Source: Nitrospirota bacterium
GTDB taxonomy: Bacteria > Nitrospirota > Nitrospiria > Nitrospirales > Nitrospiraceae
Reading direction: 5' to 3'
Length of the DNA stretch: 30,837 nt
NCBI GenBank assembly: GCA_963703955.1
Contig: CAVPGK010000025.1
Span: forward strand, 1 to 30,837
Shown: piece after piece, positions 1 through 8,339 of the stretch
Numbering within the stretch: position 1 is the first letter of the stretch
Layout: each line of letters starts with the position of its first letter
Notes under the pieces: generated by a model
What the model was told of the DNA's origin: nothing
Seen by the model: the letters and a program-made list of their open reading frames with translations, nothing else
Databases searched by the model: none
Position numbers and translations under genes: made by a program

Positions 1-71
1 GCTTGGTTAGGCTGCGATCTCATCGAAGACTGACTTTCAGGGCTGTCCCTTAGTGACCACCTATGGAGTAG

Positions 72-382
72 GTTTCCAAACTCAATCTGCAGATATCCGG
101 AAGGCCGCAAGGGAAAACGCTGGCAACCCTCGCCGACGCGGTCGAGTCGGCCAAAGCCGCCGGGCTGCGGTACGTGGACGATACGGGTCCCGGAAGGTCA
201 AGAAGGCGATGACGGAATCACTGGACAAGGTCCGCCCTGAGGAAGCCGCCGTCATGGCGCTTCTCCGACAGCGCCTCAAGCGTGACGTTGAGGAGAGAAG
301 CAAGACCGAAAACAAGGCATCGGTGAGTCGATTGCTCAAGCAGTCGATCAGGCGAAAACAGGAGAAAGGGGGAAGTGACTAG
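72..382 (+). pseudogene. DNA topoisomerase IB remnant: N-terminus joined to C-terminus, catalytic core missing
   Basis: One frame (~111-195) reads KTLATLADAVESAKAAGLRYVDDTGPG, the typical bacterial TopIB N-terminus. From ~196 another frame reads VKKAMTESLDKVRPEEAAVMALLRQRL, the typical TopIB C-terminal helix. Nothing lies between them and no clean start codon is present. Confidence 0.75.
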
Positions 383-1817
383 AAGGCGATCACACGATGA
401 TGCCCTCTCACTTGCCAACGGCCCCCACCTATCTTACGCTCCCAGCCTAAGAGCAAAAAGACACGGTCCTTCCAGCGTTCGTCTCGGTATTCTTCTACTT
501 CTTGTCTGGTCCTGTCTTGGTTGTGAAACCACTCGTCCCGCGTCAGAGAGATTCGGATCATCCCAGCCGGCGATCATCGTTGTCCCAGGTTATTACGGAA
601 CCAAGCTCTCGAGGGCCTCCGACGGGGCCGAAGTGTGGATTGACGCGTGGGAGGCTCTGTTCAGAAGTCGATCGTTGAGACTGCCGCTTCCGGGTCTGGG
701 ATTCGACAAGGCTCTCGATCTTCGGCCTGACGGCATTGTGAACAAGGTCAACGTGATCCCATTGATCTACTCGGTGGAAGGGTATGGTGCCCTGCTTGAA
801 GCCCTCCGCAAAGCGAGCGCCGACCGTGAGCAGGTAGTCCCGTTCACCTACGATTGGCGGCTCGATCTGATGGATGCGGTGCGTAAGTTAGGCAGCCTCG
901 TGGATCAATTACGGGGTCAAGGTAGATGCCCGATCGCGATCGTCGCGCACAGCATGGGCGGTCTCATCACCAGTTACTACCTGCGCTATGGCACGCAGGA
1001 CCTTGGGAATGCGGTTGAGAATTGGGAAGGGGCAGAGAAAGTCGATACGGTCGTCATGGCGGGTGTGCCGTTCCTTGGGTCTATGACCGTTTTTCGGAAC
1101 ATGCAATACGGCGTACGGATCGGTCTCAATCGGTCGCTGCTCGACCAGAAAGCCGTTCCGTCTCTTCTGCGAGTTATTACCTGCTCCCTGCTGGTGATGC
1201 AGATGTCCTGCTCGCACCGGCGAGCGGTTCGGTGAAGAGCATGATCCGTAAAGAATCCAATTGGAAGGAGTATGGGTGGGGTCTCTCAAAAGACTCAAGT
1301 TCGCTGCAACATGAAATCATCGAGCGTCGGTCTGCGTACACGTCTTCATGGCTCCGGGAGGCCGGACGGTTTCCAACCTGCTCCTTGCCCCACCAGGGAG
1401 GTCGACCGGAACGCGTGCTCCGTTATTATGTATCCTTGCCAAGGGATATCCCACGCTCGCCAAGGGTGTGTGGTTGGATCGCAGTCCGCACAACAGACTC
1501 GACCGGCTTCTTTTCGAGGCAAGAGCAAGTGGAGAATCTGCGCTTGGAATGGATCACCGCCTTATCTTGGAAGACGGCGACGGGTTCGTAACGCTCCATT
1601 CGGCGTCATTGCCCGATGCATATGGCTATGCGCTTGACGTGACCTCCCGTGAACGAAACGTGGATCACGTCCGGACTTGGTCGGTGAGCCGGAGATCCAC
1701 AGGGAGATCGTAGACTTCTTGCAGGTGCGCCATGCAGATACGTCGGCACAGGTGGTGCCTTCGGGAAGCAGCGCGTCACATGAACGACAGTCCCGACCCG
1801 ATTCTGGGGTCCATTGA
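375..1817 (+). pseudogene. Lipase/acyltransferase (LCAT/PGAP1-like alpha/beta hydrolase), probable lipoprotein; split by ~3 frameshifts
   Basis: Motifs VVPGYYGTKL, FTYDWRL, nucleophile elbow AHSMGG and GVPFLGS. The protein continues in other frames as SASYYLLP (~1160), EDGDGFV (~1575) and H.DLVGEPEIHREIVDFL (~1670-1720). A lipobox-like CLGC follows a hydrophobic stretch. Confidence 0.75.
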
Positions 1818-1866
1818 CAGCTGGATGGCCGGGGTCAGCTCCGTGTAGATAAGGACTGAGGTGAGA

Positions 1867-2320
1867 CTAACGCTGATCGAGCGATTTCTCTTGAGCGGTA
1901 GGTTGAACCGACGAATCCTTCTGGTGTTCTTCCCGGTCGGTGTCTAGCCGACGAGCATCGACGGCTTTCTTGAGAGAGACGATGAACTCCTCCCGGTCAA
2001 GAGGCTTCTCCATGAACGCGTAAGCCCCTCCATCTCGCGCGCGCGCGGCTATCTCAGAGTCTCCGTGCCCCGTGATGAGAAGCACGGGCGTTGCGGGACG
2101 GAACGCCCGGATCTTCACCAGCAAGGTCAGGCCATCCATTTTCGGCATCTTGATGTCCGCTCACGACCGCATCATAGTCAGCCTTCGAAAGATGTTCCAA
2201 TGCCTCAGGACCGTCATGACAGGTATCGACTACGGCGTTCATGCGGAGGCGCAGGGCGTCGGACAGGGCTTCTAGGAGGGCGGGATCGTCATCTATCACG
2301 AGAATCCGAGGCATAAGCAT
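1867..2320 (-). CDS. Stand-alone response regulator receiver (REC) protein; +1 frameshift near 2158
   Basis: ILVIDDD...DYDAVVS joins D-IKMPKMDG...LLITGHG...FMEKP. One extra G next to the phospho-Asp codon splits it into two ORFs. Confidence 0.85.
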
Positions 2321-2592
2321 TCGCCCGATTGGGTTGTGCGTCAGTATCTGCCCCTATAGATGCCTTTGTGCAACCACTCGCTGACACATCGGCAAAAAAG
2401 CAAATCACCAATTCAACGCGGGGAGAAGATCGATTTACGGTCTTTAGGAGCGCAAGGCGGGGCTAATCCTTGGAATGATGCATGCGGTGAGAAACGAAGA
2501 GGCGGATCGCTATGACATGGGACGGATCGTCGCTGGCGAATCTCTTGCATCTCGTGTTCTTACAAGCTGAGAAGGAGACTTGTGGGTCGCCG

Positions 2593-2680
2593 GTGCCGAA
2601 TGAAAAGCCGAGAGAATCGGAAGTCGTTGTGATCACCGGACGTCGGCCGGAGTCGGCCGGGCGACGGTCCGGGCGTTTGA
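2593..2680 (+). pseudogene. N-terminal fragment of an SDR-family oxidoreductase
   Basis: Restoring one base gives EVVVITGASAGVGRATVRAF (Rossmann TGxxxGxG). Downstream sequence shows no SDR similarity. Confidence 0.6.
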
Positions 2681-2905
2681 ACTCCAAGGGATTGTCATCG
2701 GAGAAGGAACATTAGGGATCACAATTAGCCGCCGCGGAACGGAAACTGTCATTGACCAGATGAATGCAAAAGACATTGAGATTGTTCATGACCAGGTCGA
2801 GGCGCCGCTGTGGGGCGTCCCGCCGAGCCTATGAAGTCGCTCCCTTCGTGTTGTCTGACCAGCGTGGCGGCCAGGTTGCCACGTTCAGCTTCTAGAATTG
2901 TTCTG

Positions 2906-3253
2906 TCAGGGACACAGGCCTCGTTGTATTGCGAGTAGGGGTGGGGTGGACGGATTTGGCGTGACCATCCGGCGTGACGTTCGCTTTTCTATCCGATCAC
3001 CGGGTTTGAATTTCGCACCCGGCAAACCGGGGATCACGGTATCTTTGCCCAGATGAAGATGGATTTTCTTGCCCTCGTCATCCGTGATGGTGAGGACTTC
3101 GTTTTCATGTTTCAACACCTGCCCCTTCACGATTTGCAGGTGCGGCTGCTCGTTTCCGGTCTCTCCTTGCTTGTCCACTGAGAATGCCGGTCCGTAGATT
3201 GCTACGAGAGAGACCACAACAATCGCGCTTGCACAGAATTTGAAGCTGGCCAT
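2906..3253 (-). CDS. Small secreted beta-rich (OB-fold-like) protein; C-terminal frameshift near 2985
   Basis: RBS GGAGGA and a signal peptide. VKGQVLK...LTITDDEGKKIHLHL...PGDRIE continues in another frame as ANVTPDGHAKSV. Confidence 0.7.
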   Translation of the reverse strand: MASFKFCASAIVVVSLVAIYGPAFSVDKQGETGNEQPHLQIVKGQVLKHENEVLTITDDEGKKIHLHLGKDTVIPGLPGAKFKPGDRIEKRTSRRMVTPNPSTPPLLAIQRGLCP

Positions 3254-3398
3254 TGTTCCTCCTTCCTATCCAGGGGACGTTATTAGCAAAAAAACTCACA
3301 AACCAACGTATTCCTACATCCTAGTCCATCACAGTCAGACGTCTTGAATTATTCTCCAGGCCGCTAGAAGAATACTGTCATCTTTGGGATAGGTAACT

Positions 3399-3415
3399 GT
3401 AGGTCTGAACCGTAC
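3399..3415. promoter_or_regulatory. Putative regulator box GTAGG-N7-CGTAC in a divergent intergenic region
   Basis: Half-sites and spacing are identical to the reverse complement of the box at 7434-7450. Confidence 0.5.
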
Positions 3416-3741
3416 GTGGAGATCAGGATCAAAACATTTATCATGGACAGGACGTCCCCGGGTGACATCTTGTCTCGATCATTTCCCGGCGTGACCTGCT
3501 ATCTGGCAAGAGACTTTGATTGGATTTTGAGCGCTTAGATGTACTCGATCCGCTCCTCCCTCTCTGGCGTATACCTTGCAGACAAATTAGTGGGAGTAAT
3601 AGCCTTGCCGGGATGGTCATATCTCGACTCTCCCGGTTTTTGCTTTCGTGAGGATGACGCTGGAAGATGAGAGTGCGAGGATGGGCAGTGAGGACAGAGC
3701 CCTAGATGAAAGGACTCTATGAACTGCGAAGGGAGGGGAAA

Positions 3742-4354
3742 ATGGGAATGAGAATAATCAAATCAGCCATGATGCTCACAATAGTAGCGCTAGCGGCCCA
3801 ATTTGTTGTCGAGCCCCCGTCCTCAGGCCAAAGTACCGACCCCATCACGGATGGGGCAAAGGTCACGATTGCTTTTACGATCACCGTTCCCGAAACCCGT
3901 GTCGTTGTTCCCAACAATGTCAGCCAGTATGTTCCTGGGCAACGCCAACTGATCCCTGCCTTGGAGCAGGCTCTGGAACGGAATGAAGGAGGGGGCCATC
4001 AGAAGCGGGTTGACCTTGAGGCGGAAGAGGCGTTCGGGCATTACGATGAAAGAAACGAGTCACGGCAAGCCGGGAGGAATTGCCACGGGGAGCGCAGATG
4101 GGGTCCATTCAGCGAACTCCGGATGCGGTACGCCGTTCACTATTGTGTCACTGTCTGACAATAGCGCAGTGATTGACTTCAATCATCCTCTGGCGGGTAA
4201 GCATCTTGTGTTTGATGTGCGGGTTCTCAAGGTAGAACGAGGATCTGAAGACGGGATTGTCCTTTGCGCAAGAATGAGCGGTTTGCGGCGTCGGAGCGGT
4301 GAAGCTAGTTTCATCTCGTCCAGCGGGACGAGAGAAAAGGGAGGAGACTCATGA
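3742..4354 (+). pseudogene. SlyD-like FKBP-type peptidyl-prolyl isomerase with N-terminal signal-like segment; several frameshifts at ~3975-4130
   Basis: ITDGAKVTIAFTI, GQRQLIPALEQAL, GMKEG, EEAFGHYDE and VIDFNHPLAGKHLVFDVRVLKV are spread over different frames. Confidence 0.8.
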
Positions 4355-4646
4355 AAAATCTTATGACCTTGGTAAGTCTGCTGTTCTTTCTTGGTGGGGC
4401 GTTGTTCGTGGGATTTCCGCCGATCCATGTCGATCTCGCATCGGCGACGAGCACCTTCACTAATTCCACCGTGGAGTCGATCGATCCGAGCGGGGGAATC
4501 TCACGATTCGTACCCATGATGGAAACGCATGGACCCTGCCGGTTTCGAAAGCCGAATTGATCAAAGAGCTGCGCAAGGGCGACCATGTCAGCCTTGAACT
4601 CGATGTAAAAGGACAAGTCGTGAAGGTTGTAAAGCTCACTTCATGA
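4351..4646 (+). CDS. Small secreted OB-fold-like protein; frameshift near 4495
   Basis: RBS GAGGAG and a signal peptide. TVESIDPSG continues in another frame as LTIRTHDGNAWTLPVSKAELIKELRKGDHVSLELDVKGQVVKVVKLTS*. Confidence 0.65.
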
Positions 4647-4765
4647 TCAACAAACGAGATTCGAGGAACAGGTCAGCTCGACTGAACCCCTTATCAGGCT
4701 CCCAGTGGTTTGGGGAATTCGGCTTGGTTTGCTCTATATCACCTCAGTCTGAGGAGGGACCTACA

Positions 4766-5041
4766 ATGAAAACCTATAATCAATCATCGGCAGTGCCGAC
4801 ATTTGCAGTAGGAGCGGCAGCGGGAGCATTGGTTGGAAGTGGAATCGCTTTGTTGCTCGCACCTCATTCGGGTCGGACACTTCGAAGAAGGTTATGGCGC
4901 TATTGCCTAAGAGCGACCGAGGACACTTTAGAGATGGGCCAGGGTGCATTCGAGAGCGCGCGCGAATGGGGACACGAATACCTGGAAATCGGTATTGATG
5001 GATTGAGAAGAGTGATGAGAAGGTCAGGCATGGGACAATAG
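4766..5041 (+). CDS. YtxH domain-containing protein
   Basis: RBS GAGGAGG. GAAAGALVGSGIALLLAPHSGRTLRRRL matches the YtxH LLAPxSGxExR pattern. Confidence 0.75.
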   Translation: MKTYNQSSAVPTFAVGAAAGALVGSGIALLLAPHSGRTLRRRLWRYCLRATEDTLEMGQGAFESAREWGHEYLEIGIDGLRRVMRRSGMGQ

Positions 5042-5186
5042 TCTGAGAAGTCGCTAACGCTGTTTATGGCCACTGAGGACTCGGTAAGTTGTCCGTCTCC
5101 TGAAGAATAATGAGCAGATTAAGGGGTCCGAGTGCACGGTCTGAAAAGAGTTCTGCTCGGTAGAGGTCATGGAAGGTACAAGAACC

Positions 5187-5651
5187 ATGAAGATGAGAAA
5201 CAGCCACCTCATTCTGGTGGGATTGTTCCTTGTCGGCTGTGCAAGCCTTCCTGAGACAACAAGGACGGCGGTCATCCACGACGTAAAGATTGAACATGAC
5301 CTTTCTCCATCGCACCTTCTGGCCCAAATCGGCGACGAAGTACGGTGGGTCAATCATCGGTCGGGGTCTGTAACAATTCATTTTCTCGGCGGTGCCTTGG
5401 ATCATGTTTCCTGCGGGCGAGGATTTTCAAATTTTCTGGGGATCAAGAAAGAGTCGGCCACTATCAAACCAGGCCAATCCGGCAGTTTGTGTTTCTCACG
5501 ACCCGGGTTCATGAGCTATAACGTCCGAATGACAGCTATGGTTCCCGGTGGCGAGCTTATCGAGGCCGGAACCATCCGTGTGGGGTCTGTACCTTCACCT
5601 CAGGCGATAGCGCGAAGCCGCGGGAGCAAATCCTGGTCGACACATGGTTAG
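5187..5651 (+). CDS. Lipoprotein with a cupredoxin-like fold, unknown function
   Basis: Lipobox LVGC. GDEVRWVN, ATIKPGQSGSLCFSRPG..YNV resemble a cupredoxin strand pattern. No Cys-His-Met copper loop is seen. Confidence 0.65.
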   Translation: MKMRNSHLILVGLFLVGCASLPETTRTAVIHDVKIEHDLSPSHLLAQIGDEVRWVNHRSGSVTIHFLGGALDHVSCGRGFSNFLGIKKESATIKPGQSGSLCFSRPGFMSYNVRMTAMVPGGELIEAGTIRVGSVPSPQAIARSRGSKSWSTHG

Positions 5652-5850
5652 AGAAAAGCGTTCTGACTTCCGCCATAGGACGATTGGCAGTTTCCCTGCC
5701 TGTTGAGTTAACCTTCTGCCCGCTCCTTCTCAAAATCGAAGCCAAGCGCCTTGATTTTTCATGATTTCTCGCGCATCCTTCCTCCTCACTGTGCGATCGA
5801 GGCTGTGGACCCTGCAGGCTTCTCTCTCTCACTGGGGGAAATGTTTTTCC

Positions 5851-6453
5851 ATGACGAGGATGGAGCACGACGAACACCTCTTTCGGCTGCTCGTCCAGCG
5901 CGTGCACGACTATGCGATCTTCATGATTGACCCCAAGGGTCTGGTGATGAGTTGGAATGAGGGGGCACAAGCCCTCAAAGGCTACCAGGCACATGAAATC
6001 ATCGGCCAATCCTTTGAGCGCTTCTATCGCGCAGAAGATCTCCGAAACAACAAGCCCGCGCAGCTGCTTGAGGTCGCAGCCGCCCGGGGGCGAGCTGAAG
6101 ATGAAGGCTGGCGTATTCGCAAAGACGGGACCCGGTTTTGGGCGGATGTGATTATCACTGCAATACGCGACGATACGGGCGACTTGATCGGTTTTGGCAA
6201 AGTCACCCGCGACTTGACTGAGCGCCGTCGCATGGAAGAAGCCCTCCGAGAGGCAGCGCAGTCACTGGAAAACAATGTGGCAGAACGGACCCGCGAGCTT
6301 CAAGACACGAACGCAGCTCTCCAGGAGAAGAATGCTGAGCTTGAGAAGTTTGCAGATATCGTGGTCGGTCGAGAACTGGCGATGATAGACCTCGAAAGAC
6401 AGGTCCGATTACTTCAGGAGCAGTTGAAAAAGTTCCAGCCAAGTGAAAGCTAG
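5851..6453 (+). CDS. PAS/PAC sensor protein with a coiled coil and 'VVGREL' tail; no kinase domain
   Basis: DYAIFMID..WNEGA..KGY..EIIG, EDEGWRIRKDGTRFWA and GFGKVTRDLTER, then VAERTREL..ELEKFADIVVGRELAMIDLE and a stop. Confidence 0.88.
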   Translation: MTRMEHDEHLFRLLVQRVHDYAIFMIDPKGLVMSWNEGAQALKGYQAHEIIGQSFERFYRAEDLRNNKPAQLLEVAAARGRAEDEGWRIRKDGTRFWADVIITAIRDDTGDLIGFGKVTRDLTERRRMEEALREAAQSLENNVAERTRELQDTNAALQEKNAELEKFADIVVGRELAMIDLERQVRLLQEQLKKFQPSES

Positions 6454-6676
6454 CGGTCATTGGGCTCATTTTGTGTGTTGAGCCCCTCGATGACGGCGAT
6501 TCCCCGGTAGCTTATACCAACCAGCGCGACCCATCCCAAATCCTCGAAGGCTAGACCCGCGAAGTTGGCCACCCCAACACTGACTGCTGAATCTCTCGCA
6601 CAATCTCCACGGCGTGCTTCTTCATCTTAGCTCGGACTCGAAGGTATCGCTTGTTAGGTGATACTGGGTGCGAGAC

Positions 6677-6937
6677 TCACAGGTAGCCGAGGGTTAGGAG
6701 GTGGCCGTCTATCCGGATCTTGTGCAAACTGTTCACCGCCTTCACAACCTCTTCTGGCTGCGACATTTCGACATACGCCAGAGGCAGCGCCTCACCAGTC
6801 GTGGTAATGATACAGGCACGAATGACTGTCCCAAACGGTGCCAATAGGTCCCGCAGCTGTCCGTCGCGGAATGAAGGCGGGAGGTCGTTCACAAAGAATC
6901 GTGTCGTGCTGATCTTGGTTGCTACCGGTGGTGTCAT
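6677..6937 (-). CDS. RNA recognition motif (RRM) protein
   Basis: RNP2-like FFVNDLP, LRDLLAPFGTV, RNP1-like PLAYVEM, AVNSLHKIRIDGHLL. Confidence 0.82.
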   Translation of the reverse strand: MTPPVATKISTTRFFVNDLPPSFRDGQLRDLLAPFGTVIRACIITTTGEALPLAYVEMSQPEEVVKAVNSLHKIRIDGHLLTLGYL

Positions 6938-7233
6938 GCATCAATAGGGTCCTGTTCGGGACTCGTGGGACTCTTAAGGATACATGCCCTGCCGTGCCTT
7001 TTCGTTGAATGTGACGGGGTTCGGCCTACCTGAACCGGCACGGTGAGAAAGAGCGGATGACTGCTGACCGGAAGCGTCACACGCCGCCGCAACCACCAAG
7101 TGCCGGCGGGAGCGCGCGAGATCTCCTCCAGTGGCACCACCTCGCCGGTCTGCTCGTTCCACAGGACCGGTGTCGTGGCTGACACCCAGTCTCTGTACCC
7201 CTGAGCCCTACGCCAGCCCAGCGTGAAGGCCAT
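6934..7233 (-). CDS. Small hypothetical protein, translationally coupled to the RRM gene
   Basis: GAGGGA RBS before ATG. Its stop overlaps the RRM start (ATGA). Trp-rich N-terminal half. Confidence 0.5.
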   Translation of the reverse strand: MAFTLGWRRAQGYRDWVSATTPVLWNEQTGEVVPLEEISRAPAGTWWLRRRVTLPVSSHPLFLTVPVQVGRTPSHSTKRHGRACILKSPTSPEQDPIDA

Positions 7234-7268
7234 GTTCAAAGTCCCTCGCTCTCTGCCATTTTTTGGTG

Positions 7269-7305
7269 GGAAGACCAGACTGACACAATGCCAGTCTGGT
7301 CCTCC
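7269..7305 (-). promoter_or_regulatory. Stable stem-loop in the leader of the hypothetical-RRM operon
   Basis: GACCAGACTG (7273-82) and CAGTCTGGTC (7292-7301) form a perfect stem that extends to ~17 bp with two G-U pairs on the minus strand only. Confidence 0.55.
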
Positions 7306-7433
7306 GCTCGGGAGGGCGCCTGTACTGAGGAGGGCCGCTCATGCTCAGGTTCTTCAGCCACCAGGAGCCATCCCTGCGCTAGCTATAGAGCTAAATACAC
7401 CTAGGTATAAATAGGGTAATACGGAAATAGATT

Positions 7434-7450
7434 GTACGTCAATGTCCTAC
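7434..7450. promoter_or_regulatory. Putative regulator box GTACG-N7-CCTAC
   Basis: 17-bp imperfect palindrome upstream of the minus-strand RRM operon. Confidence 0.5.
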
Positions 7451-7583
7451 CTCTGTATCAAGATTGGATGCAATGGAAATTGACTGCTTTCGGGTGACTT
7501 GCTTGGATAGACAACGCAGGTCTTGTAGGAAGAAGCGATACTACTGGCTCCGCAAGAAACCGACCCTCATAACGTCCACCTGC

Positions 7584-7855
7584 CTATAGGAATCGAGCCG
7601 GCCTTGAAGCAACATGCATGCAGGGGATGACGGTGCTCGCAAGCAAAAATGGTCCAAATCGTTGAGTGAGCATACCAAGGAGAACACTGCCATGTTTAAG
7701 GAGCGATCGATTGCGAGAAGCAATTGTGCTCAGTTGGCTTCAGGAAGGGACGCTGCGAGTTGATCGAGGGTCTGAGGCCCTCGCTCTCGTAATGTTCCGA
7801 TCACCCATTCTCCCACAGACGGCCCTTGAATGACCCCCGCATGAAAAAGAAGCAT
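7584..7855 (-). pseudogene. Small winged-helix-like protein interrupted by TGA and a probable frameshift
   Basis: Strong RBS AAGGAGG then ATG at 7855: MLLFHAGVIQGPSVGEWVIGTLRERGPQTLDQLAASLPEAN*AQLLLAIDR, then (shifted) LLKHGSVLL. Confidence 0.5.
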
Positions 7856-7947
7856 CGGATCCCTCCTTTGGGTTGATGGTGGGAAAGCTAAAGAAGCCAG
7901 CTTCTTCTTCCTACGGCGATCGGCACGAGTTCACAATCGGAATTTGG

Positions 7948-8010
7948 AGTGCAGTGACGTAGGTGTTCTCCTACGGTATCTGAAGTACAATGACGTAGGT
8001 GTGTTCCTAC
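7948..8010. repeat. Two 27-bp direct repeats (period 36), each containing GTAGG-N6-CCTAC
   Basis: agtgcagtgacGTAGGtgttctCCTAC (7948-7974) versus agtacaatgacGTAGGtgtgttCCTAC (7984-8010), 23/27 identical. Confidence 0.8.
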
Positions 8011-8339
8011 ACGAGGCGATGAGCTCATTGTTTAAAACCCACAGCCTGTAATCACAATACTCGAACTCGCTCTCTCCACTGACACTCCGCTCTAGGACGA
8101 CCGATGTTTCCTCGAGCAGCGTCGGGCTAGGAGGTTAGTGGCCACCGTCCTCTACCCGCCGAGTCTTCGGTATATAGTCAGACCTGCGTAGGCCTGAGCG
8201 CTATCAAAAATTGTCAAAAGCCCGACGCCGCCGGCATGGTTTGTCCGATAACACACAACGACTAACCGTTTTAATCTACACTCACTCCCTGCGTGAATCA
8301 GGAAGGATTCCTCATTAATTATTATTCATTGGGCGACTG

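Noticed and set aside
7730..7732. Selenocysteine or alternative-code read-through of TGA
   Set aside because: No evident SECIS-like hairpin, TGA is used as a normal stop elsewhere in the window, and a second lesion follows.
7948..8010. Mini-CRISPR array
   Set aside because: Only two imperfect copies with 9 bp between them and no cas genes. An operator duplication fits better.
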